Source: Candidatus Methylomirabilota bacterium (GTDB lineage: Bacteria; Methylomirabilota; Methylomirabilia; Rokubacteriales; CSP1-6). Taken from it: a DNA stretch of 64,000 nt. The notes beneath the pieces were generated by a model that searched no databases, was not told the origin of the DNA, and saw only the letters and a list, made by a program, of their open reading frames with translations. The first letter of the stretch is position 1. Each line of letters begins with the position of its first letter. Below are positions 50,248-61,421 of the stretch, one piece after another. The stretch covers positions 102 through 64,101 of the forward strand of contig DATEDO010000105.1 in NCBI GenBank assembly GCA_035281625.1, given 5' to 3'. The translations under genes and the position numbers were made by a program.

Positions 50248-51986
50248 CGGGGGCCCACCGGCGCCACCGCCCGGGCGAATCCGGCCGTGTTCAGGGTGTT
50301 CAGCACCTCGTCGCGTCGCACCCAGCCGCGCCGCGCGATGATCGTCCCGTAGCGGAGGTTGTCCAGCTCGTCGACGGCGTGGGCATCCGTCGAGATGACG
50401 AAGCGGAGCCCGCGCTCGCGCGCGGCCCGCAGCCAGCGGGGCGCCATGTCGAGCCGGTGCGGATCCCCGTTGATCTCGATGGCCGCGCGCGAGGACGCCG
50501 CCGCATCCAGAACCGCCTCCACGTCGACCTCGATGGGCGGCCGCGAGGGGATGAGGCGCCCCAGGGCGTGGCCCCAGATCTTGAAGCAGGGATGAGCCAT
50601 CGCGCGCGTGAGCCGTCGCGTCATCTCCGCCGGCCCCATCCGGTGCCGCTGATGGATGCTGGCGATGATGACGTCGAGGCGCTCGAGAACGGCGTCGGGG
50701 TAGTCGAGCGCTCCGTCGGCGAGGATGTCGGACTCGGTGCCGCGGAGCAAGCGCACCGACACCTTCTCCTGCACGCGGTCGATCTCGTCCCACTGCGCGC
50801 GCAGCCGGTCCACGGTGAGGCCGTTCGCGTAGGTCGCGGTGGGCGAGTGGTCGGTGATCGTGAGGTACCGCATGCCGCGCGCCTCCGCCGCGCGCGCCAT
50901 CTCCTCGACCGTGTTGCGGCCGTCCGAGTACACGGTGTGGCAGTGCACGAAGCCCTGCACGTCGTGCATCGCCACCAGATCGTCGGGCAGGCGGCCGGCG
51001 AGAGCGGCCTCGATCTCGCCGGTGTCCTCGCGAAGCTCGGGCGGAATGAACGGCAGGCCCAGATGCGCGTAGAGCTCCGGCTCGTCCTTCGCGGACAGCG
51101 GGGTGTCCCGCCCCGCTCGCGTGAGACCCGCGGGCCCGAGGCGCAGCCCCCGCGCTTCCGCGATGCCGCCGAGGCGCGTCAGGTGCGCGCGGGCGCCGGT
51201 GGCGTGGAGGAGCGCGGCGGCGTGGCGGTCCGGACGGGTCACCCGCACCTCGAGGGGCAGCCCGCTCTCGAGCACCGCCCGGTGAAGGTCGGGCCGGCTC
51301 TCGGTGATCGACACCACGCCGGGCAGCGCGAGCAGGTGCCCCCGCGTCGCCGCCGGCGTGCCGGAGGCGGCCACGATCTCCAGCCGGTCCACCAGCTCGG
51401 CGCCCCGGCGGAGATCGCCCGCGATCTCGACCGCGGTCACCCCGGGCGCCCGCCGCAGGTGCGCGAGGACGGGATCGGCGTCGGCGAGCGCGTGCGACAG
51501 GAGGGCGCGCGCCGGTGCCGGCTCCTCCAGCCGCCGGATGGCTTCGAGGAGGCGCGCTTCCGTCTTCTCGCCGAATCCCTTCACGCCGCGGACACGGCCG
51601 GCCTCCGCCGCCGCCCGGAGGTCGGCGATGGTCTCCACGCCGAGGGCCTCGTGGAGCGCGGCGATCCGGGCCGCGGGGAGCCGGAGGCGAGCCAGCTCGG
51701 CCGCGCCGGGCGGATGCCCCGCGCGCAGCGCTTCGAGGGTCTCCGATCGGCCCGTCTGGCGCAGCTCGCTGATGCGCGCGGCGAGGCCGGCCCCGATGCC
51801 CTGCAGCCCGGTGAGCCGCCCCTCGGCGGCGAGTCGCTCGAAGGTCGCGTCGTCGAGCGACTCCAGGACCCGGGCGCCGCGCGCGTAGGCGCGCGCCTTG
51901 AAGGCGTCCTCGCCGGACAGGTCGAGGAGGCGTCCCATCTCGCGCAGCGCCCGCGCGACGCCGAGCCGGTCGTTAGCAAGGGCCAT
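50244..51986 (-). CDS. polX: Family X DNA polymerase with C-terminal PHP phosphoesterase domain (PolX)
   Basis: HhH motifs (GIGAGLA, GFGEKT). PHP motifs HCHTVYSDG, ITDHS and STDAH. Confidence 0.9.
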   Translation of the reverse strand: MALANDRLGVARALREMGRLLDLSGEDAFKARAYARGARVLESLDDATFERLAAEGRLTGLQGIGAGLAARISELRQTGRSETLEALRAGHPPGAAELARLRLPAARIAALHEALGVETIADLRAAAEAGRVRGVKGFGEKTEARLLEAIRRLEEPAPARALLSHALADADPVLAHLRRAPGVTAVEIAGDLRRGAELVDRLEIVAASGTPAATRGHLLALPGVVSITESRPDLHRAVLESGLPLEVRVTRPDRHAAALLHATGARAHLTRLGGIAEARGLRLGPAGLTRAGRDTPLSAKDEPELYAHLGLPFIPPELREDTGEIEAALAGRLPDDLVAMHDVQGFVHCHTVYSDGRNTVEEMARAAEARGMRYLTITDHSPTATYANGLTVDRLRAQWDEIDRVQEKVSVRLLRGTESDILADGALDYPDAVLERLDVIIASIHQRHRMGPAEMTRRLTRAMAHPCFKIWGHALGRLIPSRPPIEVDVEAVLDAAASSRAAIEINGDPHRLDMAPRWLRAARERGLRFVISTDAHAVDELDNLRYGTIIARRGWVRRDEVLNTLNTAGFARAVAPVGPR

Positions 51987-51998
51987 ACCGCCACCGCC

Positions 51999-53180
51999 TC
52001 AGATCAATGGCCGCAGGTCGACCCGACGCCCCTCGGCGGCGGACAGATACGCCCCATAGATGACGGCCGTGACGTCGCGGGCGAGCGCCCCGCCGGCGAG
52101 CGGCTCGCGCTTGGTCGCCACCGCCTCCACGAAGTCCTGGATCTCCTGCGGGTAACCGGAGGTCCAGTCCTCGTCGGGCTGTGGGCTGGACCAGCCCGCC
52201 TTGGTCTCGAGCTTCTCCACGAGGTACTCGGAGCCGAAGACGGCGGGGTCCGGGGCGTAGGCCTGCACGGTGTCGTTGGGATTGATGTTGCAGATCACGA
52301 CCGCCTTGGCGCCATAGACGATCATCTGGTTGCGGATGCCGCCCAGCACGGTGTCCGCGGCGGAGATCTGGGCCACCGTGCCGTCGTCGAAGCCGATCAG
52401 CATGGTGCCCCAGTCCTCGACGTCGGCTCCCTCCACCGTGTTGAGGTAGCGCGGCGTGGTCGCGCGGAACGTGTCGGTGGCGGCAAGGTTCGCGGTCTCC
52501 GCGCTCACCGACGCCGGCCGGATGGCGCGGCCGCGCAGCCGCTGTCCCTCGTCGGCCTTGAGGTAGAGCGCGGCGCCGAGGGGATGGCAGGCCTTGCCGA
52601 TGAGCGAACCGCCGCCGCCGGTGACCCACCGCTTGTTCACCGGGGCGTGCGTGCCCCCGTGGCTCTCCTCGCCCACGAGGCGGAGAATCGGCCCGCCGGC
52701 GGCGGCGAGGAGGCGCCGCGCCTTCTGGATGGGCGGGGCGTACACCCAGTTCTCCGCATAGCAAAGGCGCACGCCCGCCTGCGCGCAAGCCTGGAGCACC
52801 GCGTCGGCCGAGGCCAGGGCGCTGCGCAGCATCTCGGCGCGGGGCGTCGCGACCTCGCCGAAGAAGCCGGTCAAGGGCTTTTCCACGATGACGTGCTTGC
52901 CGGCGCGCGCGGCTTCGATGGCCATCGACGCGTGGAGATGCGAGGGAACGCAGAGGTCGACCAGCTCCACCGCGCGGTCGTCGAGCACCGCGCGGAAGTC
53001 GGCGACGGCCCGCCGCACCGCGAACTCGCGGGCGAACGCCTCGGCGCGCGCGGGACGCGCCGCCGTCACCGCCGCCAGGTCGACCTCGATGCCGCGGACG
53101 TGCCGATAGGCCTCCGCGTGCAGGCGGGCCACGAAGCCCGCTCCGACCACTCCGACGCCGATCCGTTTACGCTCCGCCAT
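51999..53180 (-). CDS. Gfo/Idh/MocA family oxidoreductase
   Basis: IGVGVVGAGFVARLH Rossmann motif and VIVEKPL. Confidence 0.9.
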   Translation of the reverse strand: MAERKRIGVGVVGAGFVARLHAEAYRHVRGIEVDLAAVTAARPARAEAFAREFAVRRAVADFRAVLDDRAVELVDLCVPSHLHASMAIEAARAGKHVIVEKPLTGFFGEVATPRAEMLRSALASADAVLQACAQAGVRLCYAENWVYAPPIQKARRLLAAAGGPILRLVGEESHGGTHAPVNKRWVTGGGGSLIGKACHPLGAALYLKADEGQRLRGRAIRPASVSAETANLAATDTFRATTPRYLNTVEGADVEDWGTMLIGFDDGTVAQISAADTVLGGIRNQMIVYGAKAVVICNINPNDTVQAYAPDPAVFGSEYLVEKLETKAGWSSPQPDEDWTSGYPQEIQDFVEAVATKREPLAGGALARDVTAVIYGAYLSAAEGRRVDLRPLI

Positions 53181-53245
53181 GCCCCTCCCGTGCGCTCGAG
53201 CCCGGATGTGAGTCTACCCGGACTCGGCGCGCGGGGCGAGGCGAG

Positions 53246-53539
53246 CTAGCACTTCGGCATCGGGCGGAGCCGCGCCTCGATCTTGTCACCCACCCGCAGA
53301 TCGCGAGTGGTTTCCTGGTTGGTCTGGAACTCGTGCTGTGCCCCGGACGTGTCGCGCACCTTGATGCGGTCCCCGGTCGCGCTGATCTCCACGACCTGGC
53401 CCGTGACCATCTCCGGCGCCTTGGCGGGCTGGCAGTTCGGCGTCGACGACCTCTGCGAGGTCGTCTGGGCGGCAAGCGGGCCCGCCGCGCACAACGCGGC
53501 CAGGGAGACCGAGAGCATCGTGATTCCAAACGCCTTCAT
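53246..53539 (-). CDS. Small secreted protein (97 aa)
   Basis: Signal peptide MKAFGITMLSVSLAALCAAGPLAAQ. GGAGG RBS. This is the tail of track ORF 53246..53848. Confidence 0.6.
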   Translation of the reverse strand: MKAFGITMLSVSLAALCAAGPLAAQTTSQRSSTPNCQPAKAPEMVTGQVVEISATGDRIKVRDTSGAQHEFQTNQETTRDLRVGDKIEARLRPMPKC

Positions 53540-53565
53540 CGCATGTCCTCCGTTTCGCTCTCCGG

Positions 53566-53781
53566 CTAGTTCTTCTTGGTGATGTCGTAGATGGCGCCGC
53601 CCACCGCGCCGACGCCGGCGCCGATCAACGCGCCCTTGCCCGCGCCATAGCCGGTGCCGGCCCCGATGGCCGCGCCCGCGCCCGCGCCGACCGCCGTTCC
53701 GGTGGCCGTCCCGCAGCCTGCCGGCGCGATGGCCAGAGCCGAGAGCGAAAGCACCGCCGCTAGTCTTTTCACGCCAGTCAT
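53566..53781 (-). CDS. Glycine-zipper lipoprotein (YMGG/17-kDa-antigen-like)
   Basis: Lipobox IAPAGC, then GAGAGAAIGAGTGYGAGKGALIGAGVGAVGG. Confidence 0.75.
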   Translation of the reverse strand: MTGVKRLAAVLSLSALAIAPAGCGTATGTAVGAGAGAAIGAGTGYGAGKGALIGAGVGAVGGAIYDITKKN

Positions 53782-53831
53782 AGTGATCCTCCTCTGAATC
53801 GTTGCGGCACTGGTGTGCCCTGCTCTCCTGC

Positions 53832-53847
53832 GGCAAGCGCCATGCCA
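53832..53847 (-). promoter_or_regulatory. Sigma-54-like promoter, TGGCAT-N5-TTGC
   Basis: The minus strand reads TGGCATGGCGCTTGCC with correct GG-N10-GC spacing. It lies about 52 nt upstream of ATG 53781. Confidence 0.35.
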
Positions 53848-53980
53848 TCGTCGCGGTGGGCGCGCGGATGCGGAATGACGGACGAGGCGGGAACTTACAG
53901 CGGGGGTTGCGTCGATGGCGGTAGTTTCTACCGATTCAAGCAGTGCCGTCGGGGGCCGCGATTCCCCGGGCGTCAGGGCA

Positions 53981-55300
53981 TCACTTCCCCATCAGGGCGT
54001 TCGGCAGCCAGGTGGCGAGCGGCGGCGCCACCGCCACCAGCCCCAGCATCACGAGCCCCAGGATCACGTACGGCGTGACCGCCCAGAACACCTGCCGCAT
54101 GGTGATCGAGCGCGGGGCGACGCTCTTCATGGTGAAGAGAAGCATGCCGAAGGGCGGCGTGAGGAGCCCGAGCTGCATGCACATGAGGTACAGCACGCCG
54201 AACCAGATGGGATCGAAGCGGTAGGTTTCGACCAGCGGCATGAAGAACGGCAACGTGATGAGCATCATGCTCACCTGGTCGACGAAGCAGCCGAGGACGA
54301 GCAGGATCAGCATCATCACCGTCATGACCATGAAGGGGCTGAAGTTGGCCTCCTGCACCGCCGCCACCAGCCCATTGGTGGCGCCCGAGAAGGTGAGGAT
54401 CTGCGAGAAGGTGGTCGCCCCCACGATGATGAACAGGATGACGCCGGAGATCGCCGCCGTCCCCATCAGCGCCTTCATGAGCCCGTTCCAGGTGAGGGCG
54501 CGGTAACCCGCCGCCATCACCACCGTCGCCACCGCGCCGACCGCGGCGGACTCGGTCGGCGTCGCCCAGCCCGCCGCCATCGCAAGCACGACGACCACGA
54601 AGATCACCACCAGGGGGAAGACGTACACGACGAGCGGCCGCCAGCGGGCCCAGCCGCGCACGGGGTCGTGCTCGAACGGCGGGGCCAGGCCCGGGTTCAT
54701 CGCGGTGCGCACCACGATGTAGCCCACGAACGACGCGGCGAGGAGCGCGCCGGGGACGATCCCGGCGAGGAGAAGACGCGAGATCGAGATGTTGGCGAGG
54801 CTGCCCAGCAGCACGGTGAGCGCCGAGGGCGGGATCAGCATGTCCACGCCGCCGATGGCGATGATGGGGCCCATCGCCATGGCGGGCTGATAACCCCGGC
54901 GCAGCATCTCGGGGAGCATGAGGCTGCCGAGCAGCGCGGTGGTTGCGATGGTGGAGCCGGAGATGGCCGAGAACACCGTGCCCGCGACCACCGCCACCAC
55001 CGACAGCCGGCCAGGCACGCGCGCGATGAGACGGTCGATGGCGTCGATGGCCTTCATGGCCACGCCGGTATGGAACAGCACTTCCCCCATCAGCACGAAG
55101 AACGGGATCGGCGTGAGCGAGAAGCTCGCGATCGACGCCACGCCGTTGCGGATCATCTGCACCAGCCCGGCGTCCTTGCCGAGCCACACCCAGGCGCCCA
55201 CCACGTTGATGCCGAGGAACGCGAAGGCGGCGGGCAGGGCCGCGGCGAGCAGCACCGAAAGAATGCCGAACAGCACGGTCGCGGCCAACCACCAGACCAT
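53981..55300 (-). CDS. dctM: TRAP transporter large permease
   Basis: 439 aa, polytopic. Start trimmed to ATG 55300. Confidence 0.9.
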   Translation of the reverse strand: MVWWLAATVLFGILSVLLAAALPAAFAFLGINVVGAWVWLGKDAGLVQMIRNGVASIASFSLTPIPFFVLMGEVLFHTGVAMKAIDAIDRLIARVPGRLSVVAVVAGTVFSAISGSTIATTALLGSLMLPEMLRRGYQPAMAMGPIIAIGGVDMLIPPSALTVLLGSLANISISRLLLAGIVPGALLAASFVGYIVVRTAMNPGLAPPFEHDPVRGWARWRPLVVYVFPLVVIFVVVVLAMAAGWATPTESAAVGAVATVVMAAGYRALTWNGLMKALMGTAAISGVILFIIVGATTFSQILTFSGATNGLVAAVQEANFSPFMVMTVMMLILLVLGCFVDQVSMMLITLPFFMPLVETYRFDPIWFGVLYLMCMQLGLLTPPFGMLLFTMKSVAPRSITMRQVFWAVTPYVILGLVMLGLVAVAPPLATWLPNALMGK

Positions 55301-55314
55301 GGGCGGGCGCGGCC

Positions 55315-55809
55315 CTAGGCGTGCGGGCCGCGGCCGGCGAGCGCGCCGCCGCGCACCAAGCGGCGCACGAACTCGACGGCGAGGAAGGCGAAGCACAGGG
55401 GGACGGGCGCGTAGAGCCACCACTCGGGGAAGACCACCGACTTGATCACCATCGAGCTCTGCTGGGCCGAGCTGACCACCGCCCGCCACCCGTAGATCAC
55501 GAAGATCACGGACACCGCCAGCCCCACCCCGTCCGAGAGGCGCTCGAGCGCGCGGGCCGCCTTCACGGGGATGGCGGTGAGGAGCACGTCGAGCCGCACG
55601 TGCTCGTTGCGATAGAGCAGCCAGGGGGCTACGAGGAAGGTGGCGAGGGGCAGCCCGTACTCCGACACTTCGAGGATCCAGGGCAGCGTGCCGACGCCGA
55701 GATTGCGCGCGACGACGTCGCCGGTCACGAGGAGGGCGAGCAGACCGAGCAGCAGCGCGGCCACCACCGCGCCCGCGCGGAGCAGCCGTCCGTAGGCGCG
55801 CTCGAGCAT
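55315..55809 (-). CDS. dctQ: TRAP transporter small permease
   Basis: 164 aa with 4 TM helices, located between the DctP and DctM genes. Confidence 0.88.
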   Translation of the reverse strand: MLERAYGRLLRAGAVVAALLLGLLALLVTGDVVARNLGVGTLPWILEVSEYGLPLATFLVAPWLLYRNEHVRLDVLLTAIPVKAARALERLSDGVGLAVSVIFVIYGWRAVVSSAQQSSMVIKSVVFPEWWLYAPVPLCFAFLAVEFVRRLVRGGALAGRGPHA

Positions 55810-55816
55810 CCGCGCG

Positions 55817-57901
<2,085 letters not shown>

Positions 57902-57905
<4 letters not shown>

Positions 57906-58429
57906 CGCGTCAGCGCTTTCACGACCACGTCGACGACGAGATCGGCCTTCTTGATGGCCTCGTCCTCCGGAATGCCGCCCAGGGGATGGGGAACGAGCGC
58001 GAGCGGCAGGTCAGCCATGCCGCGATTCTTCGACTCGAGCGTGGCGAGCTGCTCGAACTCGTTGGTCCCGAGGACGACGGACGGGACGCCCTTCTGCTCC
58101 AGCACGATGGCGCCGTGGATACTCCACGACGTGCACGACCCTCAGTCGGCGCTGCCGACCAGGGCGACGTCGCACGTCGTGAGCGCCTCCAGGATCGTGG
58201 GCGACGGCGCCCCCGCGATACCCTTCTCGCGCTTCACGACCTCGCCCGCTCCGTAGCGCTCCTGCAGCCGCCGCGCCACCGCGAGCATGAGCGTCCCCGC
58301 ATTGGCCTTGCTGTTGTCGAGGATGGCGATCCGCTTCCCCGCCAGGCTGTCCACCCGCTTGGCGAGCCCCGCCGCCAGGATCTTCGGCTCGGCGGTGGGG
58401 TCGTACAGGGTCACGTCCTTGCCGCTCAT
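57902..58429 (-). CDS. U-G-S-C motif protein with in-frame TGA: selenoprotein candidate (175 codons)
   Basis: Track ORFs 58142..58429 and 57902..58105 share a frame and are split only by TGA 58142-58144. Read-through gives VALVGSAD-U-GSCTSWSIHGAIVLEQKGVPSVV...LVPHPLGG. GGGAGGAG RBS precedes ATG 58429. Confidence 0.7.
58111..58131 (-). other. Putative bacterial SECIS-like hairpin downstream of UGA 58142-58144
   Basis: The RNA CGUCGUGGA-GUA-UCCACGGCG forms a 9-bp stem including one G.U pair. The stem starts 10 nt after the UGA, and the GU-containing loop is about 20 nt downstream. Confidence 0.5.
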
Positions 58430-58620
58430 GGTGTCTCCTCCCGGAAGTGAATGGGACCGGCCCCGGCAGGCCGACCGTGCGGCCGATAGTACACCAGCGA
58501 GGGTGGCTACGCGCGGAGGGCGCGGACCGACGCCTCAGAGACGAGGAGCTCGTCCCGCGTCCGGCCGCCGTAGCCGATCGTGAAGACCAGCGGCCGGTCC
58601 CTCGCCATGCATCTTGCCCG

Positions 58621-59160
58621 CTAGAGTCGCGGCCCGGTGGGCACCGGCTGCACGTAGCCGCACGCCGTGCACGTGCGGCGGGCCGGGCTGGCGTTGAACT
58701 CCTGGGCGACCCGCGTCAGCTCCGCCAGGAGATCTTCCGCATCCCGGCGCAGCTCGTAGAGCTTGGCGTCGCACCGCTCGCAGTACCAGGCGTACGCTTC
58801 CGCCTTCGCCTCGTCGGCCCCGCGCACGCGCTCGACGACCAGGCCGACCGAGTTGGCCGGGCGCTGCGGCGAGTGGGGCGTATGCGCCGGGAGCAGCAGC
58901 ACCTCGCCCTGGCGGATCGGCGCCCGCTGCCGCTTCCCCGCGGCGTCGATGTACTCGAGCACCATGTCGCCTTCGAGCTGGAAGAAGAACTCGTCGCTCG
59001 GGTCCACGTGGAAGTCACGCCGGGCGTTGGGTCCGCCGATCACCATGACGATGAACTGGGAGTCCTTCCACACCATCTCCGCGCCCACCGGCGGCTTGAG
59101 CAGCGCGCGGTGCTCGTCGATCCACGCCTTGAGATTGAAGGCGCTCAGCGTCTGGGCCAT
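58621..59160 (-). CDS. nbaC: 3-Hydroxyanthranilate 3,4-dioxygenase
   Basis: RRDFHVDPSDEFFFQLEGDM...PHSPQR, plus a C-terminal CxxC...CxxC rubredoxin-like site. Confidence 0.9.
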   Translation of the reverse strand: MAQTLSAFNLKAWIDEHRALLKPPVGAEMVWKDSQFIVMVIGGPNARRDFHVDPSDEFFFQLEGDMVLEYIDAAGKRQRAPIRQGEVLLLPAHTPHSPQRPANSVGLVVERVRGADEAKAEAYAWYCERCDAKLYELRRDAEDLLAELTRVAQEFNASPARRTCTACGYVQPVPTGPRL

Positions 59161-59199
59161 CGCCTTCCCTCCTCGGTCCGCGGCGGCGAAGGCGCGCCG

Positions 59200-60192
59200 C
59201 TACTCAATCACGTCATCCGCGCGGATGAGCAGCGACGGCGAGATCGTCAACCCCAGGGCCGCCGCCGTCTTCCGGTTGATCGACAGGTAGTACCGCGTGG
59301 GCTGCTCCGCCGGCAGGTCGCCCGGCTTGGCGCCCTTGATGATCCGGTCGACGAACGTCGCGGCGCGGCGGAACTCTTCGTCGGCGCTGGGCCCGTACGA
59401 GAGCAACCCGCCATCACGGACGATGAACCCGAACTCGTACATGGCGGGGATGCGCTGGGTGGAGGCGAAGTCGAGCAGCTGCTTCCGGTTCAAGATCGTG
59501 AGGGCGTCGGCGACGACGAACAAGGCATCCGGCCGCCGCCTCGACATCTCTGCGAAGGCGTGCTGGAAATCGTCGGGCTCGCGCACTCCGTGGGCGTGCA
59601 CTTCCACGTTCACGGCCTTCGCCGCCCGCTCGATCTCGCGATAGCGAAGGGTCATGCCGGCATCGTCACGGTTCCACACCACCGAGATGCGCGTCGCCTT
59701 CGGGACCGCCTCCTTGAGAATTTCCACCCGTTTGGCGCTGAGCTGAGCGACCTCGTCCGTCATGCCGGTCACGTTGCCGCCCGGGCGCGCCAGGCTAGCG
59801 ATCAAGCCGGTAGCCACGGCGTCACCCGAGGAGAGGACGATGACGATCGGGATGGTGGGGGTTGCACGCGCCGCCGCCGCGACGGCGAGGCCACCCTGCG
59901 CGGCAATGATGTCGACGTTCAGCCGGACCAGCTCCGCCGCCAGCGCGGGCAGGCGATCGAGTTTGCCCTCCGCAAACCGGGTTTCGTAGGCGATGCCGCG
60001 ACCCTCGACGTAACCCAGCGTACTCAGACCCTCGCGGAAGGGGCGGGGCGGCCCGCCGTCGGGGGTTCGCCCCCCGGCCGAGAGGTAGCCCAGCCGGACG
60101 ACCTTCGGCGCGGCCTGGGCCAGAACGACGTCCGGCACAAGCCAAAGGCTCAGCGCGGCCCAAACCAGCACGAGGCGACAAGGCAAGCGCAT
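59200..60192 (-). CDS. ABC-transporter-type substrate-binding protein (PF04392-like), orphan
   Basis: Signal peptide, then VRLGYLS...IPIV...GGNVTG...VPKATRISVVWN. No permease or ATPase gene is adjacent. Confidence 0.8.
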   Translation of the reverse strand: MRLPCRLVLVWAALSLWLVPDVVLAQAAPKVVRLGYLSAGGRTPDGGPPRPFREGLSTLGYVEGRGIAYETRFAEGKLDRLPALAAELVRLNVDIIAAQGGLAVAAAARATPTIPIVIVLSSGDAVATGLIASLARPGGNVTGMTDEVAQLSAKRVEILKEAVPKATRISVVWNRDDAGMTLRYREIERAAKAVNVEVHAHGVREPDDFQHAFAEMSRRRPDALFVVADALTILNRKQLLDFASTQRIPAMYEFGFIVRDGGLLSYGPSADEEFRRAATFVDRIIKGAKPGDLPAEQPTRYYLSINRKTAAALGLTISPSLLIRADDVIE

Positions 60193-60247
60193 CGGGCACC
60201 CCCTTCGGGTCCCGACCATACCGCATTTCGCCCGCCGTGCGCCCAGC

Positions 60248-60682
60248 TCAGCCGCCCTGGCTCTGGAGGATCACGATGCCGGCCGCGATGAGCCCGATGG
60301 CGAGGAGGCGCGGCCAGGTCACCGGATCGTGGAAGGCCGCGAAGCCGATGAGCAGGAGGAGCGCGGTGGACGTGCCGCCCACGATCAACGAGGACGAGAT
60401 CCGCAGCCCGCGGTCGTAGGCGAGGAGCGAGAAAATGTCCACGCCCGCGGCCGCCACCCCTGCGAGCACCATCAGCCACAGCGCCCCCATGTCGAACACG
60501 ATCACCTGGGCGCGCGCCCGCATGGCCATGAGGATGCCGGCGTTCACGGCGAGGGCGGCGGTGGTGACGACGAGGGAGCCGGCGGCGGCGCTCACCTTGG
60601 TGGAGCCCAGCTTGAGACAGAGGGCCCAGGTGGCGGCGGAGGCGCCGGCGAGCACGGCGAACAGGACGGCGGACGTGAGCAC
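60248..60682 (-). CDS. Single EamA-domain small membrane protein (144 aa)
   Basis: 4-5 TM helices. GTG 60682 has AAGGAG 6 nt upstream. This is the tail of track ORF 60248..61072. Confidence 0.6.
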   Translation of the reverse strand: MLTSAVLFAVLAGASAATWALCLKLGSTKVSAAAGSLVVTTAALAVNAGILMAMRARAQVIVFDMGALWLMVLAGVAAAGVDIFSLLAYDRGLRISSSLIVGGTSTALLLLIGFAAFHDPVTWPRLLAIGLIAAGIVILQSQGG

Positions 60683-60705
60683 GCGAGTCTCCTTGGGAAA
60701 GGGGG

Positions 60706-61299
60706 CTAGGGTCGCCAGCCCGGCGGCACCGTGCCGGGCGGAAAGACGAGGATGCCGCCGACCACGTTGCGGCTGATCAGGAACGCGACGCCCTCCGCCT
60801 CGTAGCCCATGGCGTTCTGACTCTGGATGGTGGGAGTCCCGTACACGCGGCGCACGTCCCCCGACGGGTCCATGATCGAGACGCCGCGGCTGGTGCGGAG
60901 CGCCGGCCCTCGGCCCCCCGAGTGCGGCCACAGCATGGCCAGGATCTGCTCGACACGATCCTGATAGAGGACCACCGCGATGATCAGACCGGTTTGCCCA
61001 CCGTCGTCGCTGAGCACGTACTGGTACGCGTAGCCGCGCGGCTGCGACACGCACTCGCTGGGCTGCCCCCACGCGCGCTCCACCGAGGCGGCGGTGGCGC
61101 CGAGGGCCACGCCGTCGAGGCCGTCACCCTCCCGCATCACCAGCGAGCCGAGCCCGGTCGGCGTGATGATGCCGCTCCCGCGCGGGCAGGTCGGCACCGT
61201 CTGGGCCCGCGCCGGGCCGGGCCACATCATCAGGCTCATCAGCAGCGCGACGAGAATCGTCCGGCGATACGCGGCGGGTCGGATACGGAGATGGCTCAT
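60706..61299 (-). CDS. Secreted hypothetical protein
   Basis: Signal peptide TILVALLMSLMMWPGPARA. Start trimmed to ATG 61299. Confidence 0.6.
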   Translation of the reverse strand: MSHLRIRPAAYRRTILVALLMSLMMWPGPARAQTVPTCPRGSGIITPTGLGSLVMREGDGLDGVALGATAASVERAWGQPSECVSQPRGYAYQYVLSDDGGQTGLIIAVVLYQDRVEQILAMLWPHSGGRGPALRTSRGVSIMDPSGDVRRVYGTPTIQSQNAMGYEAEGVAFLISRNVVGGILVFPPGTVPPGWRP

Positions 61300-61421
61300 G
61301 CCGGGAACCGGCGCGTCATGGGGCTGGTCATCCCGCCTGAACATACCGCAGATGTTCGCCCGGCGTGCCGGAGCAGACGCTCGGCTGCGGGCGCCCCCCC
61401 ATCGCGGTAGGATGAGCCTCC

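Noticed and set aside
47568-53180. A Ku gene hidden among the ORFs of the repair locus
   Set aside because: None of the ORFs on either strand shows Ku-core features. The 204-aa unknown is too short and unlike Ku.
50379-53249. 956-aa plus-strand ORF
   Set aside because: It is antisense to PolX and the Gfo/Idh/MocA oxidoreductase, both of which carry clear motifs. Shadow ORF.
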